Positions 27,981 to 38,300 of a stretch of 64,000 bases of DNA are shown here, in pieces. How positions within the stretch are numbered: the stretch's first letter is position 1; each line of letters opens with the position of its first letter. Source of the DNA: a virus (taxonomy: Duplodnaviria; Caudoviricetes); the IMG/VR virus record IMGVR_UViG_3300043391_000370, positions 17,703 to 81,702 of that record. One strand, written 5' to 3'. Position numbers and translations under genes: made by a program. The notes below the pieces were generated by a model. The model saw only the letters and a program-made list of their open reading frames with translations. It did no database searches and was not told the DNA's origin.

Positions 27981-28819
27981 ACTACCTCCTTTAAGAAGTT
28001 TTCCATCGGTGATTTTTTGAATATCTCAAGTCCTTGTTCTGCCTGTTCATCAAGTTTTTTTGCATCTCTTAGAAGTTCATAAGTCTTTCTTACAAAGTCT
28101 TCATAAGGTGCAGTATTTACAGTACCTTCCATATAATCGGGAAAGTCAGTTGTTACATTTCTTTCAGAGATTACAGGCACTTTATTCTGAATTAAATGTG
28201 ATACACGAATGATCTCAAAGATTTCATTATCGTGATTGTGTAAATTGATGACTAACTTTGCTCTCTTAATGAGATCATCTCGTTCATCACCATAGGTGCT
28301 TTGAACTGCAACGAAGTTGACATTCTTATCTTCGGCAAACTGATTCATAATGTTCAGTCTTCTTTGACTTGGAGACATATAGGCAAGAATATCAATATCT
28401 CTTTCCTCTGGTTTGTTTCTTTCAAAGTATGAGATTTCTGGAACATATCCAATTTGAACATGCTTGATATTTTCTACACCTGCCTTTTGAAGTACATCAA
28501 CATTTCGTTTTGAATAGTCCCATACTTCAAGACCACGATACTTACGACACCAACGCAGACATTCTGGTTGATCTCTCATCTGTTCCAAAGAATAAACAAT
28601 CGTATCTTTTGGAATGTCGTGTCTCACAACGTCCACAGGAGTATGATGCATTCCAAATACAATATTTCGTGCATTCGGATTGAAGTCATTAATACTATTC
28701 GTTACTTCATGTCCCAATTTTTGAAGAGTAAAATAAACTGCTGCTTCAATTTCGTTAAAGACATTTGAATGAACATAGAACCCATTATCAGGCACTATAC
28801 GGCACAAATTAAATCTCAT
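27977..28819 (-). CDS. Glycosyltransferase-like protein (start reassigned to MRFNL)
   Basis: VWDYS..N, DIDIL, YGDERDDLIKRAKLVINLH..FEIIRVSHLIQNKVPVISE (GT-B C-domain-like). Confidence 0.6.
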   Translation of the reverse strand: MRFNLCRIVPDNGFYVHSNVFNEIEAAVYFTLQKLGHEVTNSINDFNPNARNIVFGMHHTPVDVVRHDIPKDTIVYSLEQMRDQPECLRWCRKYRGLEVWDYSKRNVDVLQKAGVENIKHVQIGYVPEISYFERNKPEERDIDILAYMSPSQRRLNIMNQFAEDKNVNFVAVQSTYGDERDDLIKRAKLVINLHNHDNEIFEIIRVSHLIQNKVPVISERNVTTDFPDYMEGTVNTAPYEDFVRKTYELLRDAKKLDEQAEQGLEIFKKSPMENFLKEVV

Positions 28820-30242
28820 AAATAAACTCTCCAAAGTTTTTCTTAATATCACTAATTAGATTTATATCCTTAGAAACAATACCCAAACCGTTCGAATGAC
28901 GGAAGTTTGTTTTAGGTAGATTGATTTCCTTAAAGAATCGACTCACACCATAACCTGCTTTATCTACACAAGTATCGTGCATCAGAATGATACCATCTTC
29001 CTTTACAAACTTGATCCAAGTTTCAAAGTCATTCTTGACTGCTTCATAAGTATGATAACCATCAATATGAAGAATGTCAATTGGTTTGTTCCAGGTTTTT
29101 GCCACATCATCAAATAAACCTTTGATTAAGGTAATATTAGATAATTCAAGTTCTTTTTGTTTCTCAAGTACATATTCATAAGTATCACGAATACCTGCCT
29201 GATCATCACCCTCAAAACTATCCACACCATAGATATGACCTATTTCTGGAAGTGCAAAACAGAATGTTGAGTATCCATAATCCACACCAAGATCCACGAT
29301 TGTTTCTGGTTTCTTGATACGAACCAACCAATCGGCAAACTGCCTATGATCTCTCCAGTTCATATTACTTCTTGTGCCAACCTCTGTAAGAGTATGAATC
29401 TTGTTAAATCGACGAACCTCTTCTTCACTCTTATGACTCTCATCATACATCTCTCTTGGATAGTAGATGAAGTATCTTTCCAGACCTTGATTATCATACT
29501 GATGATGACGACGATAATGAAAACAGAACTGCTTTGGAATACCAGTTGCCATCCAAAGTTCAAAACAATAACGATAGTTTTGTAGTTCTCTCATCATAGC
29601 TTCAACATCCATGTACTCTTCAATCTTGAGTGGATGTTTCAGTTTACGAATGTAATCATTTCGTGCCCACCAGAAGTTTCCGGCATAGTGCTGAACCACA
29701 AAGTCCAATTTAATGTCGTGCCTTTCAACCCAATCAACACCACAGCAATCATATCCTTCATCTAGTTTGGCAATACAATCTTCCCACTTTTCAATATTAA
29801 AGTACTGCATATAGTGCCTCCAATCTTTGATGGCACCAGGAATGTGGGTTGTATAAGAACTCATTCCTTTGTTATGGAAGTAGAAGGTATAACCATCATC
29901 TTCTAGAGCATGTTCATAAATCTTTGCAAGAGTCTGTCCTTCATAAAGATTTGGTTGCTCTCCTACGTTCCTGACATCGATAATGTTCACAAAAGGGAAT
30001 CGTTCTTTAATATATCCAAGAACCATGTCATCATAAGAATGCCCAGTCTTAGAGTTGTGCAGTCCTAAAGGAAGAGTCACGCACATATTGACCGTTGCCT
30101 TATCAGCAAGACCACTAGATCTCAACAATCCCATTTGCTCATCAATCCACCAGATCCACATATTCTGTGTGTCGGGAATGAATAGATGATAGAAAATTGT
30201 AATTGTTTTCTTAATTTCTTTTTCGTTTTTATAATTGAGCAT
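28809..30242 (-). CDS. Fusion of an uncharacterised HNKG/GNFWW domain and a class I SAM methyltransferase (Methyltransf_24-like)
   Basis: IVDLGVDYGYS, GVDSFEGD, IDILHIDGYHTYEAVKNDF, GIILMHD; start reassigned to MLNYKN. Confidence 0.8.
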   Translation of the reverse strand: MLNYKNEKEIKKTITIFYHLFIPDTQNMWIWWIDEQMGLLRSSGLADKATVNMCVTLPLGLHNSKTGHSYDDMVLGYIKERFPFVNIIDVRNVGEQPNLYEGQTLAKIYEHALEDDGYTFYFHNKGMSSYTTHIPGAIKDWRHYMQYFNIEKWEDCIAKLDEGYDCCGVDWVERHDIKLDFVVQHYAGNFWWARNDYIRKLKHPLKIEEYMDVEAMMRELQNYRYCFELWMATGIPKQFCFHYRRHHQYDNQGLERYFIYYPREMYDESHKSEEEVRRFNKIHTLTEVGTRSNMNWRDHRQFADWLVRIKKPETIVDLGVDYGYSTFCFALPEIGHIYGVDSFEGDDQAGIRDTYEYVLEKQKELELSNITLIKGLFDDVAKTWNKPIDILHIDGYHTYEAVKNDFETWIKFVKEDGIILMHDTCVDKAGYGVSRFFKEINLPKTNFRHSNGLGIVSKDINLISDIKKNFGEFIYEI

Positions 30243-30930
30243 ATCGTTCTCTTGGATAAAGTGCATGATAATGATCAACAGCACTATAATGAATTGATCT
30301 TACCTTTGGTTTGTTGGTTGCTAACCACACCTCATAACAGAATCGATGCCCACCTAGTTTTTCGGTGAGACTCTCATCATAATATAAAGTTCTGTCCAAT
30401 ACATTTGGAAGTGTTTTGATATAGTCGGTAGTTGCCCACCAGAAGTTTCCAGAAAAATGTGGATAGAACTCATGAGTCCAGTTCGTAGAAACTGCATCTA
30501 CCTGATCATCTTCAATTTTCTGAACACAATCTTTCCACCTTTCAATTGACCAGTAGTTCATATAGTGTCTCCAGTCTTCTACAGGTGGAGAACCATATTG
30601 TAGCATACCTTTGGAGTGAATGTAAAGGACATATCCATCATTTGTTTTTGAATATGTCTGAAGTTCTTTAAGTGTTTGCCCTTCGAAGAGATTCTCCTGT
30701 TCACCTTTTCCAGACATTACTCTAGAAGATAAAATATTTACAAAAGGAAACTTCTGTTTAATAAAGATTTTGATTTCATTTACGGCAAAATCAGGTGCGG
30801 CAAAGCACATATTAACCGTTGCCGCATCTGCCAAACCACTTGACTTTACGAGTGATAGTTGCTCTGTCACAATCTTATCCCAGGCACTATTCATGGCACC
30901 TAGGTGATAAAATACTGCAAGTTTTTTCAT
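30229..30930 (-). CDS. Uncharacterised protein, paralog of the N-terminal domain of 28809..30242
   Basis: Shared FYH, LYIHSKG/FYFHNKG, DWRHYM, HFSGNFWWA/HYAGNFWWA and CYEVWL/CFELWM motifs. Confidence 0.75.
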   Translation of the reverse strand: MKKLAVFYHLGAMNSAWDKIVTEQLSLVKSSGLADAATVNMCFAAPDFAVNEIKIFIKQKFPFVNILSSRVMSGKGEQENLFEGQTLKELQTYSKTNDGYVLYIHSKGMLQYGSPPVEDWRHYMNYWSIERWKDCVQKIEDDQVDAVSTNWTHEFYPHFSGNFWWATTDYIKTLPNVLDRTLYYDESLTEKLGGHRFCYEVWLATNKPKVRSIHYSAVDHYHALYPRERYAQL

Positions 30931-31610
30931 ACTACAATATTAGACTTAACGTGCCCCACGACTACAGTTGGATCAACAAAAACTTGATGACCATTTTGTG
31001 CGACTCTATCACACCAGTCCAGGTCTTCACCCAATGGAAGTTCATAAATGACTCCATCAACTTCCTGAACAACTTTGCCAAGACCATACCAAGGACGTTT
31101 GATACCTTCAAAGACTCCTTGCTTGACGCACATGAAACCAAGACCAACACCATAGACTGGAAATGAATCTCCGACTTGCTGAAGTAATGAGATCTCATCT
31201 CTAGTCATCGGACGATAATCATCTTTGTTTTGATGAATCATGGCATCGGCACCTTGTGCCTCAAAATAGACACCAGAAATAATATCCTGTTCTGAACTAT
31301 AGAGTTTCAGAAAGTGCTCAGGATTCCAGACAATATCACTATCGATACAGAATAGTTTATCATAAGTGTATTGTCCTTTGCCTGGTTGAGAATTAAAGAC
31401 TTCTAACTGACGACTACCAGTAATGGTTGCTTCTCTTGCATTCGTGACAATCGAAGCATACTCATTCTGATAGTGCCAGGTCAGTCCATTTGCCTGAAGA
31501 GCCTGAATGGTTCCTAGCAAAGACTTAACATACTCCGACACCATGTTACGACCTGGTGTCGTAATGACCACATTAAAGTGTGGTTTTTGATTATTTTGAT
31601 ATTTCATCAT
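30927..31610 (-). CDS. GT-A fold (GT2-like) glycosyltransferase
   Basis: FCIDSDIVW (DxD), GLGFMCVKQGVFE, GEDLDWC, VGHVK. Confidence 0.75.
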   Translation of the reverse strand: MMKYQNNQKPHFNVVITTPGRNMVSEYVKSLLGTIQALQANGLTWHYQNEYASIVTNAREATITGSRQLEVFNSQPGKGQYTYDKLFCIDSDIVWNPEHFLKLYSSEQDIISGVYFEAQGADAMIHQNKDDYRPMTRDEISLLQQVGDSFPVYGVGLGFMCVKQGVFEGIKRPWYGLGKVVQEVDGVIYELPLGEDLDWCDRVAQNGHQVFVDPTVVVGHVKSNIVV

Positions 31611-32332
31611 AGTACGATCATTTTTTCATGTCCAACTCTAACCTTTGGATTACACCAAATCTCAAAACCATATTCCCTAAAGTCCTCACACATCGCAACA
31701 TCTTCTGAGCACATGTCCTCAAGAATAACTCCATCCTCACGAATGAGTTGAACTTTCTTTGGTGCAAACCAAGGATAAGGAATCTTCTCAAAGACACCTT
31801 TCTTCATCAGAACCCAACCAAATCCACAGTACTCAATCTTAAATGGTCCTGGTCGTCTTTGCATATCTTCAATTGTCTCAAAGTAATAAGAACCTTTGTT
31901 CATCAAAAGTTTCTTATCCATATCAACGACGACTGTGGACTGATTGGATGATGCAGTTCCATTTGATTGGACATACCAACCAGTCGAAATATCCTTATCC
32001 ATCTCAAGAAGGTCTAAGACATTCTGTGTATTGAAAACAATATCACTATCGATCCACATAATATAATCATAATTAACCTGACCTCTCCAGGGAGTCAGCA
32101 TCGTTCCGGCAAAGTTATCTGCCTGCAAACAATCAGTTCGGGCAAAGTTTACCATCGAACTATAGTGTTGAGAGATGTAAAAATTGATTCCGAGTTGGTT
32201 TAAATCAAAAACCAATCGAATGAATTGTGTGAGAAATGTACCTGAATATGAACGACCCGGAAGACAGAAGGCAATTGTTTTTCCTTTAAAATCATTCTTC
32301 GGTTGATTCGAATAATTTAGCATAAATGACAA
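31607..32332 (-). CDS. GT-A fold (GT2-like) glycosyltransferase, paralog of the next gene
   Basis: MWIDSDIVF, GFGWVLMKKGVFE, SEDVAMC, VGHEK. Confidence 0.75.
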   Translation of the reverse strand: MSFMLNYSNQPKNDFKGKTIAFCLPGRSYSGTFLTQFIRLVFDLNQLGINFYISQHYSSMVNFARTDCLQADNFAGTMLTPWRGQVNYDYIMWIDSDIVFNTQNVLDLLEMDKDISTGWYVQSNGTASSNQSTVVVDMDKKLLMNKGSYYFETIEDMQRRPGPFKIEYCGFGWVLMKKGVFEKIPYPWFAPKKVQLIREDGVILEDMCSEDVAMCEDFREYGFEIWCNPKVRVGHEKMIVL

Positions 32333-32345
32333 TCAGATAATAATG

Positions 32346-32354
32346 ATTATAGCA
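32346..32354 (-). promoter_or_regulatory. Extended -10 promoter candidate TGCTATAAT
   Basis: TGn-TATAAT in the 36-bp gap before the glycosyltransferase cluster. Confidence 0.4.
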
Positions 32355-32368
32355 TATCTAGGCAAGTT

Positions 32369-35300
32369 TTACCACCAGGTAATTTTAACATATCCATCCC
32401 CACCATCTCCACCGACACCAAAGGTTTGATTTTCATCTGCATATGCACCACCACCTCCACCACCTCCACGATCCCCATTACCACCATCACCGGCAATTCC
32501 TATTGAAGTTATAGAAGATGAAGATAGGGTTCCAGAAACACCAGCTGCGGCATAACCAGCAGCACCATAGGTAATTGAATTCAAAAGGTTTGTTGTGGTG
32601 GATGTTCTTGATGTCCAGGTGATCGCATCCGTGGAGAGTCTGATTACACCACCAGCACCGACTGCATAATAGATGCTGTTCAAATAACTTAATCTAAAAA
32701 TTGCAGAAGTACCAAAACCTGTTGTTCTTTGTTCCCAAATGATTGTATCTGTGGATGTTCTAAGCAATCCAGCATTACCACCGGCAAAGAATACTGTACC
32801 ATAACTTACGGCATTAATGTTTGTTGTACCAAATCCTGTGGTTCTTAGTACCCAAGAAATCGTATCAGTCGAAGTGATAATAGTATTGGTCACACCGAAA
32901 TAATCACTTGTTGCCGCAACATAATAATTACTATCATAAGTGAGTGCAGTAATGGACTGAACATTTGTCATAACCGTGGTTCTTAATGTCCAGGAAGCAG
33001 TATCTGCAGAAACGGCAAAGTATGCACCATTCACACCATAAGATGATAGAAGTGTCTGAGTCGATGCAGTTAGAGTTCCTGCTGCACCGGCAAGTAGGTA
33101 GTTATTATTACCATAGACTGAAGTAGAAATTGCCGTTGTACCAAATCCAGAAGTTCTTGCAGTCCATACAATACCATCAGTCGAAGTTCTACTGATTGCA
33201 CTATTACCGGAAGCAACATATATTCCATCACCATAAACATAAATGATACTGTTGACATTTATCGTACCAAATCCAGTAGTTCTTGTTGTCCAGGCAATTG
33301 CATCTGTTGAAGTTCTTAATGTTGCAGCACCACCAGCAATATAGATTGTTCCATAAGTTAATGCAAGTATACTAGAAGTACCGAATCCAGTAGTTCTTGA
33401 AGTCCAGACAATTGAGTCCGTGGATGTTCCAAGCAATCCACCATTACCACCGGCAACAAAAAGAGTTCCGGCAGTAAAGGCATTAATTTGAGTTGCACCG
33501 AATCCTGATGTTCTTTCAGACCAGGTGATATTATCAGTAGAAGCAATCAAACTTCTAGCATTTCCAAGATAGTTGGTGCCTGTTGCAAGATTATAACTTA
33601 GTTGCGTGGTTGTAGAAGTTGTTATGGTTCCACCATAACCACCGGCAACAAGAATATTATTTGCAAAAAGTAATTGAGCACGAACGATTGATGTTCCAAA
33701 ACCAGGGTTTCTTAAAGTCCAGGTGATTGCATCTGTTGAAATATTTAATCTTCCACCATCACCACCAATAACATAAAGATTATTTGCATAAAGTAAAGAC
33801 CAAATGCTTCCCCCAGTAAATCCAGAAGTTCTTAATGTCCAGGTGATTGCATCTGTTGAAGTGCCTAAAGATGGACCACCACCAATACTAGCAGCAACAT
33901 AAAGACCATTCCCATAAACTAAAGAATAAATGATTGTTGTACCAAATCCAGAAGTTCTTTGTGTCCAGGTGATTGCATCTGTTGAAGTGTTTAAGATTGC
34001 ACTATCACCAGCAGCAACATAAAGATTATTTCCATAGACTACAGAAAAAATATATGAACTACCAAAACCAGAGCAAGTTCTTAATGTCCAGGTAAGTGAG
34101 TCTGTGGATGTTGACAGATTTCCAGACTGATTTCCAGTTACATACTGATTATTTGCATAAATGATTGACCACGTTTGCGTGGCAGGTGTGGTTCGGTATT
34201 GCCAGACAATTCCATCAGTTGAAGTATTTAAGAATCCACCATCACCACTTAGGAAATAAGTATTATTTGCATAAGTTGAAGTGATAAAATTATCAACCAT
34301 ACCATTAGAAGTTCTTTGAGTCCAGGTGATAGTATCTGTTGAAGTGACTATAGTTCCACCACCACCAGCAGCAACATAAAGACCATTCCCATAAGTTAGA
34401 GCATAAATGACTGATGAACCAAATCCAGAGGTTCTTTGAGTCCAAGTACTGAATGGAACTAAAGTACCACCATTTACAGCAGTAAGAGTTTGAATATTAA
34501 GTGCGGTACTTCTAACAGTCCAGGTGATTGTATCGGTTGAAGCATTCAAAGTAACACCAGTACCAAAAGAACCAAGAATACTTTGAGGGGTTGAAATCAT
34601 TCTTCCCGTAATACCACTCATCACAAAAGTCTGATTGCCATAAACTGAAGCAGTAATTGCACTTGTACCAAATCCTGATGTTCTAAGTGTCCAAACAATA
34701 GCATCCGTTGAAACTAATTGAGTACCCGCAACACCACCAGAAGCATAAACATTATTATTATAAACTAGAGTGTTGATGACTGATACACCAAATCCAGAAG
34801 TCTGTAGTGCCCAGTTAATTGTATCAGTTGAAGTTGTTAAGAAAGGTTGACCGATATAGTTTGTACCGGCAGCAACATAAAGAGATTCACTTGTGGTTAA
34901 TGTCGTAATCGTTTGAGTATTAAGTCCAGTACTTCTGAGTGTCCAGGTGATTGTATCAGTCGAAGAACTTAGATATGCACCATTACCAAAGGAAGAAAGA
35001 ACAGTATCATTTGAAGTAGTCAGAGTTCCACTTGCACCACCGGCAAAATAAATGTTATTTCCAAAAGTCAGAGCATTAATTTGTGATGTACCAAATCCAG
35101 AAGTTCTGAGTATCCAGGTTATTGCATTTGTAGAAGTTGCCGATACACCATTTACACCAACTGCCGTAAAGACTGATTGCCCATAAGTTAATCCAAGAAT
35201 ATTGTTTGCACCAAATCCCGAAGTTCTTAATGTCCAGACAACTGAATCTGTAGAAGATGATACCAATCCACCATTACCACCGGCAAGATAAAGTGTTGCT

Positions 35301-38300
35301 CCATAAGAAATTGCACGAATATCTGTTGTACCAAGTCCAGAAGTTTGTACAATCCAACTGGTTGAATCACGAGAATATGTAATTGTTCCAGAGGCACCAC
35401 CAATAAGATAGAGTCCATCAACAGTTGAATATAATCCGGCATAAATTGTTGATGTACCAAAACCAGAAGTTTGTGCAGTCCAGGTGATTGTATCGGTAGA
35501 AGATGTAAGTGTTCCTGCATCACCACCAGCAATATAGATTCCTAAATCACTTGAGTAGGTTGTTTCATAAATGATTGAAGTACCAAAACCAGAGGTTCTC
35601 AATTCCCAAGTAATTCTATCCGTTGAAGTGGTTAATGTTCCAGCAGCACCACCGGCAACAAAAGATGTTCCATAGGTCAAGGCATTAATTAAAGTCGTAC
35701 CAAAACCAGAAGTTCTTAATATCCAGTTAATGGAATCAGTTGAAGTATTGATGATTCCAGCATCCCCACCGGCAATATAAAAATTATTTCCATAGGTCAA
35801 AGCATTAATTGAAGATGTACCAAAACCAGTAGTGGTTCTTGTAGTCCAAAGAGTTGAAAGTGTGGCACCGGCAGCAACATAAAGATTATTAGTATAACCA
35901 AAAGCATTAATTGCTAGTGTCGTTCCAGAGGTTCTTTGAGTCCAAACAATATTATTAGTAGAGACTTGTAGATTTCCATTTACCGCAGAAAGGTAATTGG
36001 TTCCTGTTAGGAATGAATAAGATCCACCAGAACCTAGTGTTGTAATTTTATCCAGATTAAGAAATCCAGTAGTTCTTAATGTCCAGTTAATCGCATCAGT
36101 CGAAGCACTTATTACTCCACCATCACCAAGATTAGCAAGTGTGGTTTGTGTTGTAGATGTTAATGTGCCAGCATCACCACCATTTAGATAAGTATTGTTT
36201 CCATAAACAAGTGCTCGTATTGTGGTGCCACCGAATCCTGATGTTCTCAAAGTCCAGGTGATTGCATCTGTAGAACTGATATTTGCACCAGCAACACCAG
36301 AAGCAACATAAACTCCACTATTATGGGCAAGACCAACGAAACTTTGAATTACACCAGCAGTTCTTAATGTCCAGGCAATTGCATCTGTTGAAGTTAAAAT
36401 TGTTCCACTTACACCAGAGACAACATAAACACCAGCATAAAGAGATTGATATAATGCATTTGCGGTTCCTGATGTTCTTGCAGTCCAGGTAATTGCATCG
36501 GTAGAAGTTTGAATCACACCGGCATTACGTGTTAAAAGATAAGTCGGTGTCGGTAAACTAGAATAATTAAGTGACTGGATAGAATTAGTAACATCACCAG
36601 ATGTTCTTATAGTCCAACGAATAGCATCAGTAGAAGTAAATACTGTTACCGAACTAGTAAAAACATAAGTGGATATTGGAGAATCACCATAAGCAATTGC
36701 CACAATACTAAGAGTTGTAGCAGTTCTTTGTGTCCAGGCAATAGTATCTGTAGAAGTTCTTAAAAGTCCAGAACCACCAGATAATACATAAGGTTCATTA
36801 CCTGTAGTTGCAGAACCAGATTTTCCGGCAACATACAGAAGTCCATTACCACCAGAAGATTGACCAATAGTGGCTGCTGTTCCAGAAGTTCTAGAAGTCC
36901 AGGCAATACCATCTGTAGATACTACCAATCTTCCACCAGTACCAGCAGCAAGGAAGTTAGTACCATCATATATTGATGTATAAATTGCAGAAGTACCAAA
37001 TCCAGAAGTTCTTTGATCCCAAATAATATTTGCACCACCAATAAGAATCTCACCATTAAAGAATGTTGCAGTATTAATTATAGATGGACTGGTTGATGTG
37101 GTTCTTGTAGTCCAGGCAATTGCATCTGTAGAAGTTCTGGTTGTAATATTACTGGCAGCAAGGTAAATATTATTTCCAAAGGCAAGTGTAGAAATTGTGG
37201 ATGTACCGAATCCAGCAGTTCTGAGGAACCAAATTGTAGAAACAGAAGCACCTCCGGCAACGAACTCATTATTAAAGAATGTCATCGCACCAATTGCAGT
37301 CGTTCCGAATCCAGAGGTTCTAATTGCCCAGGAAATTGTATCGGTAGAAGCAGTTAAGAGTCCACCAGCACCGGCAGCAGCATAAAAATTATTACCAAAT
37401 GCAAGTGTGGCAATTGCAGAAGTACCAAATCCTGATGTTCTTTGATTCCACATCGTGGTGATTGTTGCACCACCGGCAAGATAAAGACCGTTATTATATC
37501 CTAGTGCCGTGATTGGTTGGTTATTGGCAATACCAGGATTTCTTGATGTCCAGTTAATCGTATCCGTAGAGGCAATTATAAAACCTTCGTTTATATAATT
37601 AGTACCACCGGCAAGATAAAAAGTATTATCAGAGAATGTTGTAGTAATGGTTTGAGTATTGATTCCTGTGGTTCTAAGTGTCCAATTGATCGTATCAGTA
37701 GAGATACTAAAGTGAGCACCATTACCAAACGAAGAAACTTGTGCATCTAAAGCAGTAGCAATTGTTCCACCACTACCAGCAGCATAGAAAGATCCAGAAT
37801 TATATAATAACTGGCCGATTGTGGATCCACCAAATCCAGAAGTCCTAGTGACCCAAGTAATTCCATCTGTTGATGTCGTAACTGTATTTGTTCCAGAATT
37901 AACTTGACCTCCAGCAACATATACACCATTACCATAACTCAAAGTATTAATAAAGACTGTACCAAATCCTGCTGTTCTTAATGTCCAGACAATTGTATTT
38001 GTTGAAGTGTTTAGAACTCCACCTTGCCCACCCGCAAGATAAAGATTATTTGCATAAAGTAAAGAGTTAATGTTGGAAGTACCAAATCCAGAAGAAGTTC
38101 TTGAAACCCAAGAAATTGAATCGGTCGAAACTCTAATTGTTCCACCAGCACCACTAGCAAGATAAGGATTTGGTTGCCCAGAAGCATAAATTAATCCGTT
38201 TCCAGCAGCAAAATTACCAATACCAGATGTACCAAATCCAGAAGTTCTTAAAGTCCATGCAATTGTATCTGTTGAAGTGTTTATAATTCCAGAAGTAGCA

